A stretch of 64,000 bases of DNA from IMG/VR virus record IMGVR_UViG_3300048670_001104. The stretch is one strand, 5' to 3'. The stretch comes from a virus (Duplodnaviria; Heunggongvirae; Uroviricota; Caudoviricetes). The notes below the pieces were generated by a model. It saw only the letters and a list, made by a program, of their open reading frames with translations. It was not told where the DNA came from and did no database searches. The position numbers and the translations under genes were made by a program. Of this stretch, positions 54,705 through 63,542 are shown one piece after another; the first letter of the stretch is position 1; each line of letters starts with the position of its first letter.

Positions 54705-56042
54705 ATGAACATTCCTTTAGATAATCTGTATCACTGGATACAAGGACTGGCTCAGCATCCTGTGATACTTTATGTATTCCACCCGCATGGCAGCAAAGAT
54801 ATTTCTGATCTAAAACCATTATATGAAATTAGTAATGAGATGTATTTAAAGCACTGCATGATCCCACAAATTGTGTGCCATGATCAAGAACCATTGGATT
54901 ATGCCAGTCATGAGTGGGATCATGATCTAGAAAGAATTTCTGCATGGTACTCGACCTTAAAATACGGTCGGGGCCATGGTAGACCGGACACTGGCACTAA
55001 ATTAAAAATGTTTCTTTTCTTTATTAAAGATCCTGCACTGAGTTGCGGACTTACATATCTCGGAGTCAATCAGTGGGACTGTGATTGGGTCGTGCTGCTG
55101 CATAGTGAAATCAACAGTGATGACGTAGAGAAATTTTCTCATAAAAAATTCCTTCCTGTTTATTACTGGTGCCATGCTGTGTTGGCTAGAGATTGGTATA
55201 GATTTGCCCAGCATGATGTTCGATTGCATCAAAAAAATATAAAAAAAACGTTCTTGGTCTATTGCAGAGATTGGACTCCCATAAGAGAATACCGATTGAA
55301 ATTTCTTGATCTATTGTTGGCTGCCAATCTATTGGATGATTGCAAGATCAGTACACAACACACAAACAGTCAAGGGGTGCATCTCAAAGACTATCAAATA
55401 CAGGACCCACGATTTGTGGTGGACACAGCACAATTACTATCCATACCCGATAACAATGCTCCGGCCACTGCCAGTGCCGACTATGACGCAGACGATTTTG
55501 TATCAACTGCTGTCAGTGTGGTGTTAGAAACTGTGGTGGATTCAAAGATACACCTGACAGAAAAAATACTCAGAGCCATTGCGTGTGGGCATGGCTTTGT
55601 GCTTGTGGCAGGACCGGAATCGCTGGCCTACTTGAGGAGATATGGATTTCGTACTTTTGGCACAGTGTTTGATGAAAGCTACGATACAGAAAAAGACACT
55701 GTGAAAAGATTAGAAAAAGTCATAGCGACCATGCAACAGATCAAGAATCTGTCAGAGTCAGACTGGCAAGAAATCAACGAGATAGCAGCACACAATCGGT
55801 CACGATTCTTCAGTGAGGATTTTGCTAACCAAGTACTCGACGAGTTAAAATCCAATCTTGATCCCGCAGTTGAATTCTGCATGAACAATCGCGGCAAACT
55901 AAATTGGGAATCAAGGAAGACCGCAAGAAAACACGGCCTGGGCAAACTTCTATCTCATGATATAAAAGCAAAAAATACCATGATAGAATTTAGAAAACAA
56001 AGATTATCTCGGAATCGCACCGGTCCAGGAATCATCAAGTGA
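54705..56042 (+). CDS. glycosyltransferase, GT10 (fucosyltransferase)-like (third paralog)
   Basis: VETVVDSKIHLTEKILRAIACGHGFVLVAGPESLAYLRRYGFRTFGTVFDESYD. Start codon abuts the divergent dehydrogenase start (cat|atg). Start uncertain. Confidence 0.5.
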   Translation: MNIPLDNLYHWIQGLAQHPVILYVFHPHGSKDISDLKPLYEISNEMYLKHCMIPQIVCHDQEPLDYASHEWDHDLERISAWYSTLKYGRGHGRPDTGTKLKMFLFFIKDPALSCGLTYLGVNQWDCDWVVLLHSEINSDDVEKFSHKKFLPVYYWCHAVLARDWYRFAQHDVRLHQKNIKKTFLVYCRDWTPIREYRLKFLDLLLAANLLDDCKISTQHTNSQGVHLKDYQIQDPRFVVDTAQLLSIPDNNAPATASADYDADDFVSTAVSVVLETVVDSKIHLTEKILRAIACGHGFVLVAGPESLAYLRRYGFRTFGTVFDESYDTEKDTVKRLEKVIATMQQIKNLSESDWQEINEIAAHNRSRFFSEDFANQVLDELKSNLDPAVEFCMNNRGKLNWESRKTARKHGLGKLLSHDIKAKNTMIEFRKQRLSRNRTGPGIIK

Positions 56043-56357
56043 CTGTGTTTTTAGATTTTGTATTCTCTGCTGCAACTCACTGTAGAATGAGTCCAGTTCG
56101 GTACCCCACCGACCTTGAAGGTGGCCAATGGCATCTTCACAATATTTCCAATTGCGTTTTCGGTATTCTCGCATGAGATTCTCATGCAGATCTTGATAGT
56201 GAGGCAAATTGGTCATTTCTAACAATGGAATCTTCTCCACTATGGCATACGCAGTGGCTGTTTGATCTCGGTCTTCAATCAAAAAAGTATCCAGTTCTAG
56301 CACAGTGTATTTTTCTCTGGCCAGTTCGGCCACATTGTCTCCAAATATTATGTTCAT
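56004..56357 (-). CDS. hypothetical protein
   Basis: 117-aa ORF. Overlaps the 3' end of the plus-strand GT gene by 39 nt. Confidence 0.4.
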   Translation of the reverse strand: MNIIFGDNVAELAREKYTVLELDTFLIEDRDQTATAYAIVEKIPLLEMTNLPHYQDLHENLMREYRKRNWKYCEDAIGHLQGRWGTELDSFYSELQQRIQNLKTQSLDDSWTGAIPR

Positions 56358-56381
56358 TGCGTTTCCTTTTAAATATGTATC

Positions 56382-57185
56382 ATGATTATTGCATTTGACT
56401 TAATTTCTGATTTACATCTGGACACCTGGCCTGAAGAATTTAACTGGAGCGGACAACCTACCAGCCCAGTTTGCATAGTGGCCGGAGACATCAGTTCTGA
56501 TCCCAGAGTGGTGAGAAACTGCCTTAAGCATCTTGCCAACTGTTATGCGGCTGTGTTCTATATCGACGGCAACGACGAACATAAATTTAGATTTCATCAA
56601 CTGGGAGAGAGCTACCGAGACCTAGCCAGAGGAATAGGTCGATTGCCCCGCGTGACATATCTCCAGGACAATGTGATTGTGATAGATGGTGTGGCCATAA
56701 TCGGTACCAATGGATGGTGGGGATACGACCTAGATGAAACCATTGATAGAGATCATTCCAAACAACACATGGTTGATTGGTACGCCAAGATACAGCCCGA
56801 TCATGAAATTGATCCTGAAGTGATAAGTGATCTTTCTCGTAAAGATGCAGCATATCTCATTAGCACTGTACAACGGTTACAAACACACAATGATGTGAAA
56901 AAGATAGTGGTTGTTACTCATACAGTGCCCGGTGCAAATTTAATCCAACACGATATAGAATTATCAGGCACCACACAATTCAATCACATGGGCAATAGAC
57001 TCATGCATCTGGTGCATACCAATGATACTGAACGCAAAATCCATACCTGGTGCTTTGGTCATTATCACGGCAGTGTGAATCAGTACATCAATGGAATACA
57101 TTTTGTCAACAACTGTAGAGGGCGCGGAGACACCCCTTACAACCAAAATCCTTATTTTCCCAAACGCATCACTATAGAGACCTGA
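56382..57185 (+). CDS. calcineurin-like metallophosphoesterase
   Basis: DLHLD, AGDI, GNDEH, GHYHG motifs. Confidence 0.7.
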   Translation: MIIAFDLISDLHLDTWPEEFNWSGQPTSPVCIVAGDISSDPRVVRNCLKHLANCYAAVFYIDGNDEHKFRFHQLGESYRDLARGIGRLPRVTYLQDNVIVIDGVAIIGTNGWWGYDLDETIDRDHSKQHMVDWYAKIQPDHEIDPEVISDLSRKDAAYLISTVQRLQTHNDVKKIVVVTHTVPGANLIQHDIELSGTTQFNHMGNRLMHLVHTNDTERKIHTWCFGHYHGSVNQYINGIHFVNNCRGRGDTPYNQNPYFPKRITIET

Positions 57186-57494
57186 TCACTTGGAATCAGG
57201 TTCTAGTTTGATCTGCAATGGGTATTCTTGCTCTCGAGCACTGGCAGTGACTTCTGTGCCTTTTTGCTCGGCAATCTCAAAAGGCAGCACAGCCACTGTG
57301 GCTTGACCGTGCTCATGGATACCCACTGTGAGTTGCGTGGCAGTTTCTACTGTGTAATCAAAAAACTCCACCAAACTGCCTACCACAAATTCCATTGTGG
57401 TGGTGTTGTCGTTGATATAGATCACACGATAAAGAGGCGGCTCTTTGACGGCTTTTTTTGTTCGAGTAATAGTTGCTGCTTCTGCGTTTGACAT
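57186..57494 (-). CDS. clpS: Clp protease adaptor ClpS
   Basis: KEPPLYRVIYINDNTTTMEFVVGSLVEFFDYTVETATQLTVGIHEHGQATVAV matches the ClpS core. Start at the Met preceded by GAGGA. Confidence 0.85.
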   Translation of the reverse strand: MSNAEAATITRTKKAVKEPPLYRVIYINDNTTTMEFVVGSLVEFFDYTVETATQLTVGIHEHGQATVAVLPFEIAEQKGTEVTASAREQEYPLQIKLEPDSK

Positions 57495-57509
57495 AGTGGT
57501 CCTCATGGA

Positions 57510-57531
57510 GTGGCAGGGTGATTCCTGCCAC
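57510..57531. other. 8-bp GC-rich hairpin (GTGGCAGG-gtgatt-CCTGCCAC) between hsp20 stop and clpS start
   Basis: Seen in the sequence. T-rich on the plus side only. Candidate processing/attenuation site or terminator for the convergent plus-strand transcript. Confidence 0.4.
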
Positions 57532-57549
57532 TGTATTTACACAATTATA

Positions 57550-57996
57550 TTACGAATTGTAAGCAATCGCAATACTCTTTGGCTTGGCTGACTCAGGAAC
57601 TTCACGTTCCAGCAGCACAGTCAAGATACCATCACGAATGGCAGCACCTTTCACTTCCACATGCTCAGCAAGCGGAAATGTCTGTTTGAAATCTCTAGCA
57701 GAGATTCCACGGTGCAGATATTCGTGTTCTTGGTCTTTTTCAGTTTTCTTGGCACCTGTAATGGTGAGCAAGCGTTGATCAAGACTGATATCAATTTCGC
57801 CTTCAGCAAATCCAGCCACAGCCACTTCAATGGTCACGGTGTGATCACCGGTCTTGATCACATTGTGAGGTGGGTAGTTGGTTGAACTTTGAGTCTGTGT
57901 GACACGCTGTAGGTCGGTGAACAGATCGTCAAAACCAATACCAAATTTGTTGAATGCGGGGATATCGAAGGCACGAAGGTGCAGAGTTTTTGTCAT
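57550..57996 (-). CDS. small heat-shock protein Hsp20 (IbpA-like)
   Basis: YPPHNVIKTGDHTVTIEVAVAGFAEGEIDISLDQRLLTITGAK...YLHRGISARDF matches the alpha-crystallin domain. AAGGAG RBS. Confidence 0.85.
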   Translation of the reverse strand: MTKTLHLRAFDIPAFNKFGIGFDDLFTDLQRVTQTQSSTNYPPHNVIKTGDHTVTIEVAVAGFAEGEIDISLDQRLLTITGAKKTEKDQEHEYLHRGISARDFKQTFPLAEHVEVKGAAIRDGILTVLLEREVPESAKPKSIAIAYNS

Positions 57997-58064
57997 GTTG
58001 TTTCTCCTTTAATAAGCAAGTATGACTATGAATGTAGACCCCACCATGGGCATCTACAAGTGTA

Positions 58065-58093
58065 TTTATACATAAAATCTCAATGATTGTCAA
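58065..58093 (-). promoter_or_regulatory. promoter TTGACA-N17-TATAAA containing an exact TATAAATA (T4 late-type) element
   Basis: Minus-strand reading of tgtatttatacataaaatctcaatgattgtcaa. Lies upstream of hsp20. Confidence 0.55.
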
Positions 58094-58352
58094 GTTTCAT
58101 CGGCTCGATCATTCTGTAGTTTCGGAGTTCCGGATGTTTAGGATTCCAAGTCAGGGCAAAAAAACTATACATCTCATCGGGCTCTAGCACTACCCTAGTG
58201 ACATATTTTACCGTTTTGATTTGGTAAGCAATCGTATGCTTCTGATACCAGATCAGTAATTCTTCATGTAATATATGATTGACCCAAGCTGCTTGGCTAG
58301 GCTTGTCGTTGACTCCAAGATCAGCAGCAAGGAGATCAAACGCGATATACAT
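58080..58352 (-). CDS. hypothetical protein coupled to clpX
   Basis: 90 aa. TGATG 1-nt overlap with the clpX stop. Confidence 0.5.
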   Translation of the reverse strand: MYIAFDLLAADLGVNDKPSQAAWVNHILHEELLIWYQKHTIAYQIKTVKYVTRVVLEPDEMYSFFALTWNPKHPELRNYRMIEPMKLDNH

Positions 58353-59557
58353 CAGTCTGTGCCGTCTAACGCAGCAGGTGCTAGTACCATGCTGGGCTCG
58401 ATCTTAACGACCTTGATGCCCATTCCTGAATAACGACGTAGATTAAACATGTGTGGTATCAAGGTGCGTTCAATCTCTGAATGCAAGCCTCTAGCACCTG
58501 TTTTGTTTGTGAGTGTGCGTTCTGCTATGAGATCCAGGGCAGATTCAGTGAACTCCAACTCCACGCCATCTTCTTTGAACAGCCAGTGATACTGTTCAAT
58601 ATAGTTGTTCTTGACTTCGGTAAGGATGCGGATCAAGTCTGCTTTTGACAGTTCACGCAGGCTTACCCAGTTGGGAAAGCGTCCCACAAACTCTGGAATC
58701 ATACCAAACTTCACAAGGTCGTCCGGTGTGGTCATGTCCAGGTCTGTGTCTATACTGGCTTGTACTCGGGCATTAAATCCGATTGATGTGCCTTGCACAC
58801 GATTCTTTACTATGCTGTCTAGCCCTACAAAAGCACCACCGGCAATAAACAAGATATTCTTGGTATCGATCTCGATCATGTCACCGCCGGGGTGTTTGCG
58901 CCCGCCCGCAGCACTCACGCGGCACACTGTGCCTTCTACCATTTTCAGCAGAGCCTGTTGCACACCTTCTCCGGATACATCGCGTGTGATTGAGGTCGAT
59001 TCCCCTTTACGAGCGATCTTGTCAATCTCATCCACAAACACAATGCCTCTCTGTGTTTTGGCAATATCGTTGCCCGATGCAGCATACAGTCTGCTGATTA
59101 GACTTTCCACATCATCGCCCACATAACCTGCTTCGGTGATTGATGTTGCATCTGCGATGGCAAAAGGCACGTCAAGATATCGTGCCACACTTTTGGCCAG
59201 CAGGGTTTTGCCCGAGCCAGTTGGTCCCAACATCAGGATGTTGGCTTTGTCCAGTTCGGGTTCCGCTGTGGTCTTGCTGATGCGTTTGTAATGATTCACA
59301 ATGGCCACGGCCAACATGATCTTGGCAGAGTGTTGGCCTATCACATATTGATCTAGGTATTTCTTCAACACCATGGGATCCATCTTGTCTGATGGTTGTG
59401 GAGCGATCTCCACCACAGGTGTTTCATCCTTGAGCAAGTCCTGGCAGAAGTCCACGCATTCGTTGCAGATACCTGCGTATTCACCCACGATGAGGTTCTT
59501 TACCGAGTCTTTGTTTTTGCCGCAGAAGCTGCAATTGGTGTGTGTTTCTTTGGTCAT
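58352..59557 (-). CDS. clpX: ATP-dependent Clp protease ATP-binding subunit ClpX
   Basis: N-terminal C4 zinc finger CSFCGK...CNEC. Walker A GPTGSGKT. Extended similarity to ClpX throughout. Confidence 0.9.
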   Translation of the reverse strand: MTKETHTNCSFCGKNKDSVKNLIVGEYAGICNECVDFCQDLLKDETPVVEIAPQPSDKMDPMVLKKYLDQYVIGQHSAKIMLAVAIVNHYKRISKTTAEPELDKANILMLGPTGSGKTLLAKSVARYLDVPFAIADATSITEAGYVGDDVESLISRLYAASGNDIAKTQRGIVFVDEIDKIARKGESTSITRDVSGEGVQQALLKMVEGTVCRVSAAGGRKHPGGDMIEIDTKNILFIAGGAFVGLDSIVKNRVQGTSIGFNARVQASIDTDLDMTTPDDLVKFGMIPEFVGRFPNWVSLRELSKADLIRILTEVKNNYIEQYHWLFKEDGVELEFTESALDLIAERTLTNKTGARGLHSEIERTLIPHMFNLRRYSGMGIKVVKIEPSMVLAPAALDGTD

Positions 59558-61086
59558 TTGGTATGTATGCGTTGTTCTATCTGATCGCGTTCGCTGTCAC
59601 TAAGCATATCCGGGTCATAGCGACCTTGTTCAATTTCATCAATCAAGTGATCGATGTATGCTGTGTCGTAGGTGTAGTTTTCTCGATTGATAATGTTGAT
59701 CCATTGATCGCCATTGTGTTTATATAGTTGGTTGGGAATGGCCGAGGTTAAAACATAGGTATCACCCTTGGTTCCTCCAGCAGGTAACTCTGTTCCAAAA
59801 TTGGCTTCGGGTTCGCGATGTAGGTAGTCTATCCAAGGCAGTCGATCTATCACGCCCACATCCAGCAACCGTCGTTGGCGTTTGAGACTGTCTCGTGGAT
59901 GGTCGGCTTTCCATCGTGCCTTGGCTGACTTGACTTCAGGGCTGTCTTCATCATCATCTTCTTCTGCTACGACTACTGGTTCTTCATCATCGGAGAATGG
60001 GCCATCCATGACATCACACTGGTTGTTAGGGCAGAACAATCCTATGCCGGGTGCATTGATCAGTTCTGTTGAGCACTTGTGGCAGTGGATGGCTTGGTAG
60101 TCAGTTGCTACGGTCTCTCGGATCTGTTCAAGCTGATCATTGGTGAGGGGGCCGTCATCTGGTTCGTAGTCCGGGACAGGCATGGACACAGTCGGCCAAG
60201 TCACATCAGCAACTGGTTCCGGCCAGGGTCGATTGTGTACATTTTCAGAAACATGTTCCTCAACTGGCTCTTCAATCTTGACCTTGGGCTTTTCTCTAGC
60301 CCACTTGAGACTTTCTGTAGCAGCCAACAACATCATGATGGCCAAGGGATCAAACACAAACACCAACAAGATTATGACCCAACGCACTGCTCGCTCTAAC
60401 ACATTGGTATCAGGGCTGTCGCCGTAGATCAGTGCTGCTATGTATTTGATTGGACCAACTTCGGCTTCCACCTTGCGAACTTCGGCCGCAATTGGAGCAC
60501 GGTCTTGATTGAGTGCTGTGATACGCTTTTGGCTTTCTGCAATTTCCGCAAGCAGGCGCTGACGCTCTTTCTGTTGGCTGCGCCTAACAGCCACAGCCTT
60601 GTCCGCACCTTGTGTGTCTGAACTGCGACCCATAACCTGGTCCACAGCCTGGTCCATTTGCGTAAGGGATTTACGGCTAACATCTATATTCTCCTTTTCA
60701 GTCCGGATTTTCTCATCATACACGGCAATTTTGGCAAGGACATCACCACTTACCAAACTCTGATCGCTATGGGCCTTTGATAGGAAACCAAAGATACCCA
60801 TGCTTGTGATCAACATCAACAACATCACAGCAGGAACCAAGTATAGTTTCATCAACCATCTGGCTCGATGCCAATACTCGTGCAGCCATATGGTCACAAC
60901 AACCTTGGCCACTTCTAGTATTGATCCCATGATCATGATGGGTATCACTGCCGCGGCAAAGATAGCTGCCAGGCCTGCTATGCTATAGTAGGCAGCAATA
61001 ACGCTGAGGCTCAAGGCCACAGCCAAGGTTATAAGACTGAGGAACATAAGATTATTTACCGGGTGGTGCGATGATAGTAACACCAC
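59554..61086 (-). CDS. membrane protein with long coiled-coil and acidic C-terminal region
   Basis: 510 aa (alternative start at the Met at 61047). N-terminal TM helices. ATGA junction with clpX. Confidence 0.5.
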   Translation of the reverse strand: MVLLSSHHPVNNLMFLSLITLAVALSLSVIAAYYSIAGLAAIFAAAVIPIMIMGSILEVAKVVVTIWLHEYWHRARWLMKLYLVPAVMLLMLITSMGIFGFLSKAHSDQSLVSGDVLAKIAVYDEKIRTEKENIDVSRKSLTQMDQAVDQVMGRSSDTQGADKAVAVRRSQQKERQRLLAEIAESQKRITALNQDRAPIAAEVRKVEAEVGPIKYIAALIYGDSPDTNVLERAVRWVIILLVFVFDPLAIMMLLAATESLKWAREKPKVKIEEPVEEHVSENVHNRPWPEPVADVTWPTVSMPVPDYEPDDGPLTNDQLEQIRETVATDYQAIHCHKCSTELINAPGIGLFCPNNQCDVMDGPFSDDEEPVVVAEEDDDEDSPEVKSAKARWKADHPRDSLKRQRRLLDVGVIDRLPWIDYLHREPEANFGTELPAGGTKGDTYVLTSAIPNQLYKHNGDQWINIINRENYTYDTAYIDHLIDEIEQGRYDPDMLSDSERDQIEQRIHTK

Positions 61087-61369
61087 ACTTTATGGCCACC
61101 CATGTGCCAAACTTTTCGTCGGGCACATCAAACCAAATACGCTCTTGTTTTTTTTCGTCAAGCCAGATGTTATGGCTCAATCGGCGCTTGGCACCGGATT
61201 GTCCACGCCAGTTACGGCCATACAAGGCATTGGCTTCGCGGATGATCTTGTACCACATCTCCGTAGTGCCAATCTCCATGTAAACGCGGTGCATGGGCGA
61301 GGGCGTTTTTTCAAGCGAGTTAAGTGACTCAGACATACTCAACGCAGAGGTCTCAATGTTAACAGACAT
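61052..61369 (-). CDS. hypothetical protein
   Basis: 105 aa. AAAGGA RBS. Preceded by a ~180-nt leader. Confidence 0.5.
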   Translation of the reverse strand: MSVNIETSALSMSESLNSLEKTPSPMHRVYMEIGTTEMWYKIIREANALYGRNWRGQSGAKRRLSHNIWLDEKKQERIWFDVPDEKFGTWVAIKCGVTIIAPPGK

Positions 61370-61558
61370 TTCTATATCCTTTCCAGACTATTTCTCATAG
61401 CATACTCCCAGGAACATCCTGGTTTTGATCTTTCGATCGAGGTCTCGGTCGCAACCTACGAGATTTATGTTCGAAGTGCTACGGAACAAGCAGGCATCTC
61501 GAGATTATGTTACCCTGCCCGCCCATCGAACAACTCACCTCCCCGCCCATGCCTAGCA

Positions 61559-61587
61559 ATTGTAGCACAGACCAGGAAAGGTGTCAA
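61559..61587 (-). promoter_or_regulatory. sigma70-type promoter TTGACA-N17-TACAAT
   Basis: Minus-strand reading of attgtagcacagaccaggaaaggtgtcaa. Confidence 0.6.
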
Positions 61588-61605
61588 GCCCAATCTGGTC
61601 TCGGA

Positions 61606-62304
61606 TTATTCTTTTCTGCCGCCGAACAACTGCAATAGATTGATAAACAGATTGATGAAATCCATGTACAAAGTCAATGCACCGCGCACTTCTGCGGCAT
61701 CACTGGTCTCTGCACTGAGTTCTTGACGGATTTGTTGTGTGTCGTAAGCAGTTAGTCCCAAGAAGATGATGATTGCCAAAGCCGAGATCACCATCTGCAT
61801 CACAGTGGATCCGATAAAGATATTCACAATACTGGCAATCACAATGGCAATCAAGCCCACAAACATCATCTGGCCCATTGAGCTTAGATCTTTTTTGGTA
61901 AAATAACCATAGCCACTCATTACCCCAAACAGGATGGCCGCACCCATGAATGCACTCACAATCGATCCCATGGTGAACACAGCAAAGATCGTGGCAAAAC
62001 TCAAGCCCATCAAGGCTGCAAAGCCATGCAAGCATAACTGTGCCACACCTTTAGTTGGATTGTTTCCTAGCACCATGCTAATACCAAATATTGCTGCCAG
62101 TGGTGCAAAGATCACAATCCACTTTAGGATGCCTGTAAAAAAGAATGCCAGCAACTCTGGGCTGGTTCCCACAAAGTAACTGACCAACATTGACACAATC
62201 ACCGCCAGGCTCATGTGTCCATACACACGGCCCATAGCACTGTTGATTTCTTCTGCTGAACGATAATTTATAAAACCGTTTTCTGTATAATTTGTACCAA
62301 ACAT
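61606..62304 (-). CDS. Bax inhibitor-1 / YccA family membrane protein
   Basis: Seven TM helices. C-terminal ALTLYMDFINLFINLLQLFGG matches the BI-1/YccA signature. AAGGAG RBS. Confidence 0.82.
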   Translation of the reverse strand: MFGTNYTENGFINYRSAEEINSAMGRVYGHMSLAVIVSMLVSYFVGTSPELLAFFFTGILKWIVIFAPLAAIFGISMVLGNNPTKGVAQLCLHGFAALMGLSFATIFAVFTMGSIVSAFMGAAILFGVMSGYGYFTKKDLSSMGQMMFVGLIAIVIASIVNIFIGSTVMQMVISALAIIIFLGLTAYDTQQIRQELSAETSDAAEVRGALTLYMDFINLFINLLQLFGGRKE

Positions 62305-62314
62305 ATCGTTCTCC

Positions 62315-63115
62315 TTATTTTCCGTTGGTGGCCACTGTGGGTGTAACTACTCCATTGATAACCAGTGTTTGACCTTTGAAGTTGGCAATGGCATCTGGCA
62401 ACTTACGCATGGCTTCTGCTTCGGCTTCGGCCATCAGCAAGGGAATTGCCATTGGGTTGGCCTGCATGCTTTCGTTACGCTTGCGAGCTGTGGCCACTTT
62501 GACTTCTTCAGTCTTGAACTCGTTCTTGGCCTTGACCAATTCGTTAGCTGAAGCCACAACTGAGTCGGCTGGCACAATATTACGAATCAACACTTGACCA
62601 ATCATGATAGTGCCATCCAACTTTTCTTCCGCCAGGATTCGAGTAATCTGTTCCTTGATTTCAGTTTCCATGGCCTGTCGGCTATCGGCCATGTCCAGAG
62701 CTTCGTACTTGCGAGCACTCTTGTAGATAGCGTTACGTGCAGCATTGAAGAGGTAGTTGTACATCAAGTAAACGTCACCATCGTCCACGGCGTGAAAGCT
62801 GCGATTCTTGCTGTTGTAGATTTCAGCTACCTGTGCTTGATTGATGTTGTAGGTGATCAAGGCATCAAAGTCTTTCATTGTGCTGTTGTCTTTGGCCAGT
62901 GGAGTCATGTTCTCAACTTTAACACTGATCTCTTTCACAGGGAAAGTGATCACAGTTCCAATGATAGTCTGATTAAACGAACCAGGCAGCAACTCACCGG
63001 TGTTGACCTGTTTGTCAAAGCCCACACGAAGGCCAACCTCACCAGTTTCAATACGAGTACAACCTGTGGCCAGCAAGGCTGCGGTAAGAACGGAGAGAGT
63101 CAAAATACGTTTCAT
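62315..63115 (-). CDS. SPFH/band-7 (prohibitin/HflC-like) lipoprotein
   Basis: Lipobox LLATGC. SPFH core with a coiled-coil C-terminal region. AAGGAAA RBS. Confidence 0.78.
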   Translation of the reverse strand: MKRILTLSVLTAALLATGCTRIETGEVGLRVGFDKQVNTGELLPGSFNQTIIGTVITFPVKEISVKVENMTPLAKDNSTMKDFDALITYNINQAQVAEIYNSKNRSFHAVDDGDVYLMYNYLFNAARNAIYKSARKYEALDMADSRQAMETEIKEQITRILAEEKLDGTIMIGQVLIRNIVPADSVVASANELVKAKNEFKTEEVKVATARKRNESMQANPMAIPLLMAEAEAEAMRKLPDAIANFKGQTLVINGVVTPTVATNGK

Positions 63116-63124
63116 TATGTTTCC

Positions 63125-63301
63125 TTAAAATAAAATTACGATCACAGTCATTACCAGAACAGTCAGCAATGACACAATTATACTGTATGCAATGGACTTT
63201 GTCAAGGTCCACTGCTCCAGGCCTGTCATGTTTCTCCAGGCAGTGATACCAAAGTGAATCACCACAGCAAGCACAGCAAACGCCAACCAGAGTCTAATCA
63301 T
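63125..63301 (-). CDS. small membrane protein
   Basis: MIRLWLAFAVLAVVIHFGITAW...two TM helices. Confidence 0.4.
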   Translation of the reverse strand: MIRLWLAFAVLAVVIHFGITAWRNMTGLEQWTLTKSIAYSIIVSLLTVLVMTVIVILF

Positions 63302-63305
63302 GATA

Positions 63306-63518
63306 CTAAACGTCTCGTTCCATCTCACAGGCTTCGCGCACAAGGCTCAAGACCTCATCCACATTACTGCACATGATCTTTGCATTCACATAGTCGCCTT
63401 TTTTGTTGCGTCCACCCACTTCTACCATGAAGCCATTGTCATACATGTTGATTGAAAAGTTCTCATTCACTTTGACCAACTTGTCGCTGATCTTACTTAC
63501 CGTTTTTGCTGTTGCCAC
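63306..63518 (-). CDS. hypothetical protein
   Basis: 70-aa ORF. Confidence 0.45.
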   Translation of the reverse strand: MATAKTVSKISDKLVKVNENFSINMYDNGFMVEVGGRNKKGDYVNAKIMCSNVDEVLSLVREACEMERDV

Positions 63519-63542
63519 GCTTTTCTCCTTTTAAAATCTGTA

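Noticed and set aside
61370-61605. Possible tRNA in the long intergenic region (TTCGAA-like element)
   Set aside because: No acceptor or T-stem complementarity around the TTCGAA. No cloverleaf could be built on either strand.
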